From the NCBI GenBank assembly GCA_965225945.1, contig CBDDBZ010000039.1:64001-128000 (forward strand): 64,000 bases of DNA, read 5' to 3'. A program made the translations under genes and the position numbers. Of the stretch, positions 1 through 10,336 are shown in pieces; position 1 is the first letter of the stretch; every line of letters starts with the position of its first letter. The DNA comes from Alphaproteobacteria bacterium (lineage in GTDB: Bacteria > Pseudomonadota > Alphaproteobacteria > GCA-2731375). Below the pieces are notes generated by a model. That model saw only the letters and a list, made by a program, of their open reading frames with translations. It had not been told where the DNA came from and ran no database searches.

Positions 1-119
1 CGGACGACGGCGGGCGACGGCCTCGCCACGACACCCGATCGTTCGCGCCGGCCCCCCCTCGCGCGTGGCCCCGGTACGACATCGGAGCGCCGGGCGGTTT
101 GTCGCGCCGTGCTTTGTTG

Positions 120-148
120 TTGCGATATTTCCAGGGACGGCCTATATG
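120..148 (+). promoter_or_regulatory. Putative sigma70 promoter upstream of the cold-shock gene
   Basis: TTGCGA-N17-TATATG about 140 bp upstream of the csp start; long 5' leaders are typical of csp genes. Confidence 0.35.
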
Positions 149-289
149 GATCACGCCAGCATTTTGAGATACGTGGCGTATTTCGCTTCGTCACGCCGAC
201 CAAGTCGTCATACCCCTCGGAACTTGATCAGCTGAGACCCGCCGACGCGTGTTGCGCCGGTGGCCCACGAACCTTGAAGGATATGACGA

Positions 290-499
290 ATGACTATCGG
301 AACCGTGAAATGGTTCAATGCCGTGAAAGGCTTTGGCTTCATCGCCCCGGATGGCGGCGGCAAGGACGCCTTCGTGCACATTTCGGCGCTGGAGCGCGCC
401 GGCATTTCCGGCCTCGATGAAGGCCAGCGGGTCGACTACGAGCTGCAGCCGGGCCGCGACGGCAAATCTTCGGCGGAAAACCTGAAGATTGTCGAGTGA
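290..499 (+). CDS. cspA: Cold-shock protein
   Basis: GTVKWFN, KGFGFI (RNP1), DAFVHIS (RNP2); 69 aa. Confidence 0.95.
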   Translation: MTIGTVKWFNAVKGFGFIAPDGGGKDAFVHISALERAGISGLDEGQRVDYELQPGRDGKSSAENLKIVE

Positions 500-517
500 G
501 CGGATACGACTTCGCGA

Positions 518-550
518 GAAAGGGCCCGCCGCGTGCGGGCCCTTTCAATT
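518..550 (+). terminator. Intrinsic, probably bidirectional, terminator
   Basis: GAAAGGGCCCGC-cgcgt-GCGGGCCCTTTC hairpin between convergent genes. Confidence 0.8.
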
Positions 551-603
551 TGGCGCATCGTTCGGCCTGACGGAACCACCCGTTCCACCCCTCCTCGCAT
601 GCA

Positions 604-2412
604 CTATGGCGCCACGGCGTAGAGGCGCATGCCGCTTCGGGCGCGGAAAGGGGTCTCGATCTCGGCGAGCCAAGGGGGTGGGCGGCCCTCGGCGATCGCC
701 GCGACGAGACCGGCCGGCGCCCGGGCGCGGAGTTCGCGCGCCTCCGGGGCGCCGAGACAGACCAGCAGTAGATCGACGCCGCGCCGGCGGAAGATGGACC
801 GCGCGGCCTCCGGCGCGGCCTCGAGGGCGTGAAGGCTGTCCATGATGCTCGCCCAGTTGCGATGGTTCGGCGTCGCGATCACCTCGTGGCGGCTACGATA
901 AAGAATCTCGGGCGCGAAATTGACGTGGGTGATCAAACGTCGGGGGCCGGGGCCGAGGGCCGGCGTGTCCTCGAGCCAGCGCGCCGTTTCGCTCAGCGGA
1001 CAGGAGAGCCCGGCCTCGCCCGCGACCCGGGCCACGCCAGAGGGGATCAGCGCCAGACCCAGGATCGGGAAGCCCAGCAGCAACACGACCGTGGCGGCGG
1101 CGCGGGCGAGCGCGCGAAGCGTCGCCGGCAGCCCGTCGGCGCGGCGCAGGCAGGCGAGGATCAGGGCGGCGTGGGGGATCGCCAGGGCGCATTGCGCGAA
1201 GCCGCCCCAGCGTTGCTGGTAGGCCGCGAAGCCGACGAAGACGAGGCCAAGGACAGTGAGGTAGCGCCAGGCCCGCCGGCTGTCCAGTGGGCCGCGAACG
1301 GCCCGGTGAAGCGCCACCGGCAGGGCCAGCGTGGCGACACCGAGATGAAAGACGAAGAGCGGCAGGGTGGCGGAAAGGTCGCGCGCGTCGAGCATCGGCC
1401 GCATCTCGGCGATCGAGTCGATCCAGCGGCGGATCGATTCCGCCGACATCGCGGCGTAAGGTCCGTCGAGGAAGGCGGGGAAGAGCCAAGCGACGAGCCC
1501 GATGGGTAGCGCCAGGGCGAAGCTCGCCAGCAGCGCCCGCCGCCAGGCCGCCGCCGCCAGCCCCCCCATGCGGTCGAGGCTGGCGAGGATGAGAAGCCCG
1601 CCCGCCGCGCCGGCGAGAAGCGTCAGATGTGGCAACGACAGGGCGTCGTAGACCACGAGATCGAAGGTAGCGGTCCCGTGCTCGACGGCAAGCACCAACG
1701 CGGCCCCCACCGCCAGGGCCGAGGCGTGGACCGCCGCCTTCGCCACGAAGTCTCCCCGCACGACGATCCAGCCGAGGCCGAGCGCGGCGAGACCGATCCC
1801 GCTCGCGATCATCGCTTCCAGCGAGATCCAGAGGCCGAGCACCGCCGGCAGGGCGGCCAGGAGTGCAGGCCGGGGTCCCGCGTCGGCCGCCAGCATCCGC
1901 ATCGTCGCGCCGATCTGCCAAAGGAAGAGCAGCAGCAGCAAGGCGTGCTGGTCCGGACGCCCGAGCGAGGAAAGGTGGATGACGAAGAGGCCGAGGGCGA
2001 AAACGATGCCGAGATAGACCAAGCCCTGATCGTCGAAGAGCCGCCGCCCGGCCCAGAGCAGGACCATGAGGGAGAGGAGATGCAGGACCGGGCTGGCAAG
2101 GATGCCCGAGAGGTAGAGCGCCCCGGTCCGCTCGGTGAAGGGGAGGAACGCCAGCGCGCCGGCGATCAACAGCACGTCATAGGGCCGGGGCCAGTAGATG
2201 TCGTCGCCCGCCGGCGGATTGCCGCGCGCGAGGCGCCGGTCGAACCAGTCGCCGCCGGCCAGCAGGGCCTCGGCCCGAAGCAAGTGGGTGTAGCCGTCGA
2301 TGCCGACGAGACGGCCTTCCAGCACCGGTGCCCCGTCGCGGACATGGTTGGTGAGCTGCATCGCCAGCGCCAGCAACAGCGGAAAGAGCAGAATTTTGGC
2401 GTAACGACGCAT
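604..2412 (-). CDS. Polytopic membrane protein, STT3/AglB-like (GT-C) glycosyltransferase
   Basis: Start MRRYAKILL; many TM segments; GIDGYTHLLR..N-P-G..I-W and SIAEM motifs resemble AglB/STT3. Confidence 0.6.
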   Translation of the reverse strand: MRRYAKILLFPLLLALAMQLTNHVRDGAPVLEGRLVGIDGYTHLLRAEALLAGGDWFDRRLARGNPPAGDDIYWPRPYDVLLIAGALAFLPFTERTGALYLSGILASPVLHLLSLMVLLWAGRRLFDDQGLVYLGIVFALGLFVIHLSSLGRPDQHALLLLLFLWQIGATMRMLAADAGPRPALLAALPAVLGLWISLEAMIASGIGLAALGLGWIVVRGDFVAKAAVHASALAVGAALVLAVEHGTATFDLVVYDALSLPHLTLLAGAAGGLLILASLDRMGGLAAAAWRRALLASFALALPIGLVAWLFPAFLDGPYAAMSAESIRRWIDSIAEMRPMLDARDLSATLPLFVFHLGVATLALPVALHRAVRGPLDSRRAWRYLTVLGLVFVGFAAYQQRWGGFAQCALAIPHAALILACLRRADGLPATLRALARAAATVVLLLGFPILGLALIPSGVARVAGEAGLSCPLSETARWLEDTPALGPGPRRLITHVNFAPEILYRSRHEVIATPNHRNWASIMDSLHALEAAPEAARSIFRRRGVDLLLVCLGAPEARELRARAPAGLVAAIAEGRPPPWLAEIETPFRARSGMRLYAVAP

Positions 2413-2435
2413 CGCGCGCGGGGCCCGGCCGGCCG

Positions 2436-3935
2436 CTACCAGACCCCGATGAGATAGCCCCGCTGGCGCGAGGTGGCGGTGCGCCGCGCGATCTCCGCGT
2501 CCGACAGCGTGACCCGGGTACGGCGCGCGCGGAGCCAGGCAAAGAGCCGTTCGTGCAGCTCGGCCAGAACCGCCACTGCTGCCGGATCCGAGCCGAGGTC
2601 GTGCAGTTCCTCCGGGTCCTCCTGAAGATCGAAGAGCTGGGGGCGGAAGCCCTGGTAGTGGCAATACTTCCAGCGCGCGGTGCGGACCATGAAGGCCCGC
2701 GCGTCGGCCGGCGCCAGGTCCAGCGTCAGGCGGGCGCGGCGCAGCGAATAGTCCGCCTCGCTGATCGCCGCCTCGCCCCCCATCGCTTCGAGGAAGGTCG
2801 GCAGCAGATCGATAACCTCCACGAGGCGGGCATCGACGGTGCCGCGCGTCGCCTCGGCGGCAGGGCCGGGGTCGACCAGGATTAGTGGTATCCGCGCCAC
2901 GGGCTCGTGAAAGAGTTCCTTTTCGCCCAGCCAATGGTCGCCCAGATAGTCGCCGTGGTCGGAGGTGAAGACGATCATCGTGTCGTCCAGCCGCCCGGCC
3001 CGCGCCAGGAACGCCGTCAACCGGCCGATGTGGTCGTCGATTTGCTTCACCAGCCCCATGTAGGTGGGGATGACGTGGTGGCGGACCTCCTCGGACTGGA
3101 AGGCGCGGCTGTCGTCGTGCGCCATGAAGGCTGCGTGGACGGGGTGGGGCGCCTCCCGCTCCCTCGGGTGGCGGTTGGCGGCGAGGACCTGGTTGGCGCC
3201 GTACATGTCGTTATAAGGGGCGGGCGCGATATAGGGCCAGTGCGGCTTGATGTAGGAGAGATGCAGGCACCAGGGCGCCGCGCCCGCCTCCTCGATGAAG
3301 GCCATCGCGCGATCTGTCATGTAGGCGGTCTCGGAGTGTTCCTCGGCAACCCGGGCCGCCAGGCGCGCGTTTCGCAGGTGCCAGCCGCTCAGGATTTCGC
3401 CCGCCGGGCCCAGGGCGGCGTTGGCGGCGGTGTGCCAGGGGTTTTCGCCTTGGTAGCCTTGCTCTCGAAGATAGCGGTTGTAGGCGAGGTCGGGATCGGC
3501 GATTTGCTCGGGGTGCAGGCCGTCGTCGCGCTCGTAGGCTTCGAAGCCGCACTCGGCGATTCCACGGCCTACGGCCGACTCGGCCTCGAGCGCGAGCCTG
3601 GCCAGCCCCTCGAGGTCGGGGACCATGTGGGTCTTGCCGACCAGCGCCACGCGCAGGCCCAGTGGGCGCAAATAGTCCCCCATCGTCCACTCGTCGACCC
3701 GGAGCGGGATGTTGTTCCAGTTGGAGCCGTGGCTGAACATGTAGCGCCCGGTATAGAACGACATGCGCGAGGGCCCGCAGACCGGTGACTGGCAATAGGC
3801 CCGGGAGAAGCGGACGCCGCGCGCCGCCAGCGCGTCGATATGGGGTGTCTCCAGGTGCGGGTGTCCCTCGCAGCCGAGATAGTCGGCGCGGAGCTGATCG
3901 CACATGATGAAGAGGATGTTTCGAACCGCGCCCAT
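2436..3935 (-). CDS. Sulfatase / phosphonate monoester hydrolase family
   Basis: NILFIMCDQLR, CGPSR formylglycine motif, GKTH, SDHG. Confidence 0.9.
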   Translation of the reverse strand: MGAVRNILFIMCDQLRADYLGCEGHPHLETPHIDALAARGVRFSRAYCQSPVCGPSRMSFYTGRYMFSHGSNWNNIPLRVDEWTMGDYLRPLGLRVALVGKTHMVPDLEGLARLALEAESAVGRGIAECGFEAYERDDGLHPEQIADPDLAYNRYLREQGYQGENPWHTAANAALGPAGEILSGWHLRNARLAARVAEEHSETAYMTDRAMAFIEEAGAAPWCLHLSYIKPHWPYIAPAPYNDMYGANQVLAANRHPREREAPHPVHAAFMAHDDSRAFQSEEVRHHVIPTYMGLVKQIDDHIGRLTAFLARAGRLDDTMIVFTSDHGDYLGDHWLGEKELFHEPVARIPLILVDPGPAAEATRGTVDARLVEVIDLLPTFLEAMGGEAAISEADYSLRRARLTLDLAPADARAFMVRTARWKYCHYQGFRPQLFDLQEDPEELHDLGSDPAAVAVLAELHERLFAWLRARRTRVTLSDAEIARRTATSRQRGYLIGVW

Positions 3936-4178
3936 GCACAGCGCCTCGTTGGGGCGGACCCACTGGCCCAGCCGGTGGACTATAGTGAGCGCCCGAGGGC
4001 CGGGCAAAGACCCAGGGACTTCGGCAGGGAAACGTTAACATGGTGACGGCGGGCATATATCGACGATCGAGGCGCGCGCAGAAGAATCACCGCCGAGCTT
4101 CCGGGCTGCGCGTTGACGCAACCGCCCTTGGACTATTATACCATCGAGCCCATGAACGGACCCATCGGCCACACGAGT

Positions 4179-4293
4179 CGTCGTCGCGAGCGAAGCGTGG
4201 CGATCCAGGGCCGCGCGCCCAGCGCTTCGAGATTTTGGCGCGACTTCGACGCCTACTGGATCGCCACACTCGCTTCGGTCGTTCGCGATGACG
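4179..4293. repeat. CGTC-type REP doublet (REPIN-like)
   Basis: CGTCGTCGCGAGCGAAGCGTGGCGATCCAG ... CTGGATCGCCACACTCGCTTCG..CGCGATGACG inverted arms. Confidence 0.7.
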
Positions 4294-5342
4294 CCGAGAA
4301 GCGGGGAAGTCGATGAGTCATTTCGCAAGCTCGCCGGTATTAGGCCAAGTGCTTGGTCTGGCTGTGTGAACACCTGCCCAGCTTAGACGGCACGTTGGTT
4401 GCCCGCGCCCGCGAGCTACCGGCCCAGACAGGTTGCGTTGAAGCTCCGGAAGCGGGATTGGTGTCGTGGGACCGAGCGACACACAGGGTGGTGACGATCT
4501 AATTGGTTTGTTGCCGTTATTGCTTGCACTAGGGGCTGTATCCCACGATACTACAATTATCATACGACAAATGATCGAGACAAGGCGGCGGCGATTTTCT
4601 GCATTAACAGTCTAAAGGAGTTATGAATATGGCCCTCTATGATAAATCAGTGAGGGACTTAATGAGGGAAGATTTAGTGGAGAGTTTGAACTTGGATGGT
4701 GGTCGAAATTTTTATCGCCGGCAACTCATAAGTTGGTTTGGGGAACACTACCCGAAGGTAAAACAGGGAACTATAACTGCGCATCTTATTAGGTTGACGA
4801 CTAATGCGCCAAGTAGGACGCATTATCACGCGAAGCCAGGGGAAGATGACGTATTCTATCAGATCGACAGAGGCCGCTTTCGGCTATATGACGCGGATAC
4901 AGATCCCGAACCGATTAATACGACTGCCACTGCCTCTATCGCTGGAGAAACCGCGACAGAAAGTGAGCCAGAACCGGACGAAACAACAGACGGCAATGAA
5001 TTTGCATATGAGCGTGATTTACAAAACTTCCTTTCAAGAAATCTCAATTTACTCGAACCCGGCCTGAGACTATACGAAGACGAAGGCGTTACCGGGACTG
5101 AATTTCCTGTTGGTGGGCGTTTTGTCGATATTTTGGCGAAAGACGATCGGAGCCGGCTTGTAGTTATAGAACTTAAGGTTTCGCGTGGTTACGATAGGGT
5201 GGTGGGTCAAATTTTGCGTTACATATCGTGGATACAAAAAAACCAAGCCGAAGAAGGGCAAGAAGTTCGTGGAATTATCATTGCCAGGGAAATTACCGAG
5301 GATTTAATCCTTGCATGCGAAAACATACCGTTTATCGACTTA

Positions 5343-6512
5343 TACCAATCGGCATTAATCAGAACTCATGCGCCCATTTACGCCGCCCGATGGACGTGAT
5401 GTTCCATGGTTGATCGATGAGCTTGTTCCAGGCTTCGCAGCAGGAGGTGATGATCTGCTCGTCGGATTGGAAGACCAAGTTGGACAGCCAGTTGTCGCGC
5501 ATGAACTGCCAGATGTTTTCGGTCGGATTGAGCTCCGGCGAGCGTGGTGGCAGGGGCAGGAGGGTAACGTTGGCGGGGATCTTCAGCTTGTCCGTGGTGT
5601 GCCAACCCGCCTGATCGAGGAGCAGGAGGGCATGCGCGCGCGCGCCTACCCGGGAGGAGATCTCCTCCAGATGCAGCTGCATGGCCTGGGTGTCGCAGTG
5701 GGGGAGCACGAGGGCGGCGCCGACGCCGCGTTCGGGACAGATGGCGCCGAAGATATAGGCTGATTTGGTGCGCTGGTCATGCGGTGCGCGGGGCCGGGTT
5801 CCGCGCCGCGCCCAGCGCCGAGTGATCTTGTTCTTCTGGCCGACACGGGCTTCGTCCTGCCACCAGATTTCTATCTCGGTGCCGTCGGGCAGGCGCCGGC
5901 GGGCTTGTGCCACCAGCTCGGGGATTTTTTTTAAAATCCTCGATGACGCCCTCCTCCTGGGCATGGTGGCGCGGACGCGCCGTCATCTTCGTGAAGCCCG
6001 TCGCCTTCAATTCCCGGCTCACCGTGGTCTCGTCGAGCGAGATCGCGAACATATCCCGGATCCAGCCCGCCAGATCCTTCAGCCGCCAGCGCACCACGCC
6101 GTCGACCGCCGGGTTCGGCCCCGCATCGACGCGTGCCCCCAGCGCCTGGCGTTGTGCATCGTCGAGCTTCGCCACCGCACCGGGCGCCTTGCGATCGATC
6201 AAGCCGTCCGGGCCCTCGGCGTTGAAATGCAACACCCAATCTCGGATCACCTGAAGCCCCACGTGGCCGGTCCGTGCCGCATCCGTCCGCCGCCCACCGT
6301 CATAGATCACCGCGAGAGCCAAGAGCCGGCGGCTCTGGCCGGCATCCTTGGAAAGCTTCGCCAAGCGACGCAGCTCCGCCGCATCGAAATCCTCTCGTAA
6401 CCCGATCGCCGCTCCCATGGTGAACCTCCTCAACTCCGAATCACCGGAATTGAGTCAGAAATCATCCACCATGGGAATCCTCAAAGTGAGTCTCCCTCAA
6501 GGCCAATTGGTA
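5343..6512 (-). mobile_element. IS630-family element, copy 1
   Basis: IRs TACCAATCGGC / GCCAATTGGTA; TTA duplicated at 5340-42 and 6513-15. Confidence 0.93.
5359..6418 (-). CDS. IS630 transposase, two ORFs joined at an A8 tract; this copy is 1 bp shorter at the site
   Basis: HTH orfA plus DDE orfB (QDEARVG, DQAGWH, SPELNPTE). Confidence 0.85.
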
Positions 6513-6602
6513 TTATATGAGTATCAACTGTCCATCTCTTTAAAAAAATTGCGCCGAGATTGCTAGACGATTATAGCTTGATTTTCCCGGCAATGGCTCG
6601 TT

Positions 6603-6640
6603 GTTTAAAATAGTGCGCTAGGTTTAAAATAGTGCGCTAG
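6603..6640. repeat. 19-bp tandem duplication GTTTAAAATAGTGCGCTAG x2
   Basis: Exact adjacent copies at 6603-6621 and 6622-6640. Confidence 0.9.
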
Positions 6641-6901
6641 AGATATAAAACGGCATAGATTTGTCTTTAAACTTTCGCCGCCTGCAAACCCTATGGTCAA
6701 AATTTTCGTGTTTCGGTTCTCTAAATATTGTACTAATTGTCAATCGGCCAAACCTGCGACCGCGCCAGGGCGTTTTTCCCGATTTTTTCCCGACGCGACA
6801 CAACCGCCAACACGGCGCGAAATTGGTCGGCTAAATGCGAGATCGCGCTCGATCTGCTTACACGCGACGCCGCCGGAACCCGAGCCGGCCCACAGCCCCC
6901 C

Positions 6902-8050
6902 TCAAGCTTGTTGTACGGCCTGGGCGGCCTCCAGCGCGGCGATCTCATCGGCGCCGAAGCCCCAGTCCGACAAGCTTTCGCGGGTGTTGTCGCCGGGGCC
7001 GGCCGGCGGGCGCTGGACCTCGGGCTTGGTGCGGGAGAAGCGCGGCGTGGGCGCCGGTTGCAACACGCCCTCGACCTCGATGAAGCTTTGCCGCGCCTGG
7101 TTGTGGGCATGCTCGCCGACCTCGGCGAAGTTCAGCACCGGGGCGAAGCAGATGTCCGAGCCCTCCATGATTTCGCACCACTCGTCGCGCGTCTTGGACT
7201 TGAAGATCTCGGCCATGCGCGTCTTCATGGCGGGCCAACTGGCGCGGTCCATCTGTTCGGGTAGGTCCTCGTTGTCGAGCCCGGTCTTCTCCAGCAGTTC
7301 GCGATAAAACTTGCGCTCGATCGAGCCGATGGAGACGTATTTTCCGTCCTTGGTTTCATAGGTGTTGTAGAAGTGCGCGCCGGTGTCGACGATGTTGCTG
7401 CCGCGTTCCGGCGACCAGAAGCCCGAGGCTTGCCAGCCATAGGCGGAGGTGGCGAGATAGGCTGCCCCCTCGGTCATCGCGCAGTCGATCACCTGGCCCT
7501 CGCCGGACTGGCGCGTCTCCAACAGCGCGGCGACGACGCCGAAGGCGAGGAACATGCCGCCGCCGCCGAAATCACCCACCAGATTCAACGGCGGCGTCGG
7601 CGGCCCGCCGCTCTGGCCGATCGCATCCAGCGTGCCGGAGAGCGCGATGTAGTTGATGTCGTGGCCGGCGGCGTGCGCCACCGTGCCGTCTTGACCGAAG
7701 CCGGTCATACGGCCGTAGACGAGCCTGGGATTGCGCTCGAGGCAGACCTCGGGGCCGAGACCGAGACGCTCGGTGACGCCGGGGCGGAAGCCCTCGATCA
7801 GGGCGTCGGCGTTCTCGACCAGGCGCAGCACCGTCGCCACGCCCTCGGGGTTCTTCAGGTCGACGGCGATCGACCGCCGGCTGCGGTTCAGGACAGCGAA
7901 GCGCCGCTCGGTGGCGACGCCCAGATCGGCCTCGGCGGTGCGGTCGATCCGCAACACCTCGGCCCCCATGTCCGCCAGCAACATGGCGCAGAACGGCCCG
8001 GGGCCGATGCCGGCGAGCTCGATGATCTTGAGTCCCTCGAGTGGTCCCAT
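6902..8050 (-). CDS. CaiB/BaiF family CoA-transferase (alpha-methylacyl-CoA racemase-like)
   Basis: ELAGIGPGPF, EGFRPGV, GHDINY, DFGGGG. Confidence 0.92.
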   Translation of the reverse strand: MGPLEGLKIIELAGIGPGPFCAMLLADMGAEVLRIDRTAEADLGVATERRFAVLNRSRRSIAVDLKNPEGVATVLRLVENADALIEGFRPGVTERLGLGPEVCLERNPRLVYGRMTGFGQDGTVAHAAGHDINYIALSGTLDAIGQSGGPPTPPLNLVGDFGGGGMFLAFGVVAALLETRQSGEGQVIDCAMTEGAAYLATSAYGWQASGFWSPERGSNIVDTGAHFYNTYETKDGKYVSIGSIERKFYRELLEKTGLDNEDLPEQMDRASWPAMKTRMAEIFKSKTRDEWCEIMEGSDICFAPVLNFAEVGEHAHNQARQSFIEVEGVLQPAPTPRFSRTKPEVQRPPAGPGDNTRESLSDWGFGADEIAALEAAQAVQQA

Positions 8051-8192
8051 GAGGTGGCCTCGCTCCTCCTCCGATTATCGGCAGGCGGCACGATAGCGCA
8101 TGGCTTCGCCGTTCCAAAATCCGCGGTCGGGGAATCGCGTTTGGGCGCCGGCTCGTGTAAGGAAGCGCGAAGCCGAAGCCCGGAACGCCGCC

Positions 8193-8537
8193 ATGCCGCC
8201 CCGATTCAATCCCTTGAAACTCAATAAGCTGCAGCTCCGCACCCTTGTCGTGCTGCAGGAGTTGGCGCGCCATCCGGAGACCTCGACGACCAACGAGGCG
8301 AGTGGCGAGGTCCTCATCACCATGCTGCCGCGCCCGCACGGCAATCACATCCACGTCGGCCGGCGGATCGTCATGACCAAGGATGCGAGCGGCCTGTGGA
8401 ACGAGGCGGTCTGGCGGGCGCTGGAGCGCAAGGGCCTGGTGAGCCAGGAGTATCCGGTGGCGATCCGCCTGAAACCCGAGGCCGTGGCCTACGAGACCCG
8501 GATGGCCGAGGCTATATTCCTCGGCGCCGACCATTGA
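8193..8537 (+). CDS. Hypothetical protein
   Basis: MPPRFNPLKLNKLQLRTL; host-like codon usage; directly upstream of pheA. Confidence 0.7.
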   Translation: MPPRFNPLKLNKLQLRTLVVLQELARHPETSTTNEASGEVLITMLPRPHGNHIHVGRRIVMTKDASGLWNEAVWRALERKGLVSQEYPVAIRLKPEAVAYETRMAEAIFLGADH

Positions 8538-8592
8538 CGCCGTTCGCCATGATTCGCGCACAGCCAAACGCCGGCGGGAAAATCGACAGCGC

Positions 8593-9444
8593 ATGACCGA
8601 TAGCAACGAAGCCAAGCCTCGGATCTCCTTCCAGGGAGATTGGGGCGCCTATTCACACCTCGCCTGTCGCGAGGCGGCACCGGATTACGCGCCCCTGCCG
8701 GCCGAGAGCTTCGAGGAGGCCTTCGCCGCCTGCTCCGAGGGCCGCGCGGCGCGGGCGATGATCCCGATCGAGAATTCCGTCGCCGGCCGGGTGGCCGACA
8801 TCCACCACCTGCTGCCCAACTCCGACCTGTTCTTGATCGGCGAGCATTTCCAGCGGGTCCACCACCACCTCCTCGCCCTCAAGGCAGCGACGCTGGAGAG
8901 CATCCGGGAAGTGCACAGCCACATTCACGCCCTTTCCCAGTGCCGTAAGCTGATCCGCGAGCTGGGGGTGAAGCCGATTCAGCATGGCGACACGGCGGGC
9001 GCCTGCCGCATGGTGGCGGAGCGTGGCGACTCGACGATCGCGGCGCTCGGCTCCAGCCTCGCGGCCGAGACCCATGGCCTGAAGAGCTTGCGCGACGGCG
9101 TCGAGGACCACGACAACAACATCACCCGCTTCCTCGTCATGGCGCGGGAGCGGATCGTGCCGCACCCCAAGGACGGGCCGGTGATGACCAGCTTCATCTT
9201 CGCCGTCAACAGCGTGCCGGCGGCGCTCTACAAGGCGCTCGGCGGCTTCGCCACCAACGGCGTCAACATCACCAAGCTGGAGAGTTACATGCTCGAGGGC
9301 AGCTTCGAGCAGGCCCAATTCTACGCCGACATCGAGGGCCATCCCGACGATCCCGCGGTCGAGCGAGCGCTCGGCGAGCTCAATTTCTTCTGCAAGACGA
9401 TGAAACTGCTGGGCACCTATCCGCGCAACCCCTTCAGGGGCTGA
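8593..9444 (+). CDS. pheA: Prephenate dehydratase
   Basis: GAYSH, IPIENS, SHIHALSQC, NITRF, C-terminal ACT domain with TKLESY. Confidence 0.95.
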   Translation: MTDSNEAKPRISFQGDWGAYSHLACREAAPDYAPLPAESFEEAFAACSEGRAARAMIPIENSVAGRVADIHHLLPNSDLFLIGEHFQRVHHHLLALKAATLESIREVHSHIHALSQCRKLIRELGVKPIQHGDTAGACRMVAERGDSTIAALGSSLAAETHGLKSLRDGVEDHDNNITRFLVMARERIVPHPKDGPVMTSFIFAVNSVPAALYKALGGFATNGVNITKLESYMLEGSFEQAQFYADIEGHPDDPAVERALGELNFFCKTMKLLGTYPRNPFRG

Positions 9445-10336
9445 GTCCCACGTGAAGACGTCCTTCGCTTCGCGTCACGTGTACTTCGCCACATTCTCGA
9501 AACCGCGATAATGCGGCCCGGGTCAGCTTGGGGCGGCTTGGGGCGTATTTCCAAGCCTGGCCCATGTTTAGCAGCCCGTTGAAAAAGGCGCCATTGACCG
9601 GGTTTCACTCCATGGCGAAGCATATCGCGGCGAAGGCGGTTTCGCCGTCCTCCGAGAAGGCCCGGCCGGTGACGGCAGGACCTTCTGGTTTTCGGGACGG
9701 GGCGAGTGGTGGGTGAGCGCGGGACCCGGCGGTGATCCCTGGATTTCGGCGTACGGGCGCTGCATTCGAGCCCCGCGACATGGCAAGGTGACGCCCGATC
9801 CGGCCCGTTCGCGGGCGAAAACGACGAGTCGGCGGCGGTATATCTTAAATTCGGAATATGAAGGTATCGATCAAAGCATTGAAATGAATTGGCTTTCTCG
9901 AGCCGCGTGCGGCCGGTGGGATTTCGTTCTGCAAATTCTTCGATTTTTCCATTTTATATCCAATATACCGTATTTGCAGTACTATTAATAAATGATCGAT
10001 TCTCTCACCCCCGCGATGCGCGCAATAGGGGTCAGCGGAAATGGGTGCCCCTTGATTGCTATACAAAATACAAGACTTGACCCCCGGCTTAGCGGGCGGC
10101 GGGCCGAGGTGGACTCGGACGACGCGCTGGCCGCCTCCATCGGCGATCTTGCACCGAGCCAGTTGGCCTGATCATCGATTTGCGACGACTATGGGGTTCC
10201 GGGGCGAAAGCCTGCCCGGGCACGACGAAGTCAAGATCACTGGTGCCGACCCGGCGCCGGCAACGGGGACGTGGACGCCTCGTAGGCGACAAGCCTGCAA
10301 ACCGCGCGGCACGGCACCGTCGCGACGTCCTCGATG

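Larger units (their letters stand above)
4623..6566 (+). pseudogene. Low-GC endonuclease NucS/DUF91-like PD-(D/E)xK protein, interrupted near the C-terminus by IS630
   Basis: ERDLQNFL, VDILAKD, VVIELK, VVGQILRY; removing the IS restores ...FIDLYEYQLSISLKKLRRDC*. Confidence 0.8.
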
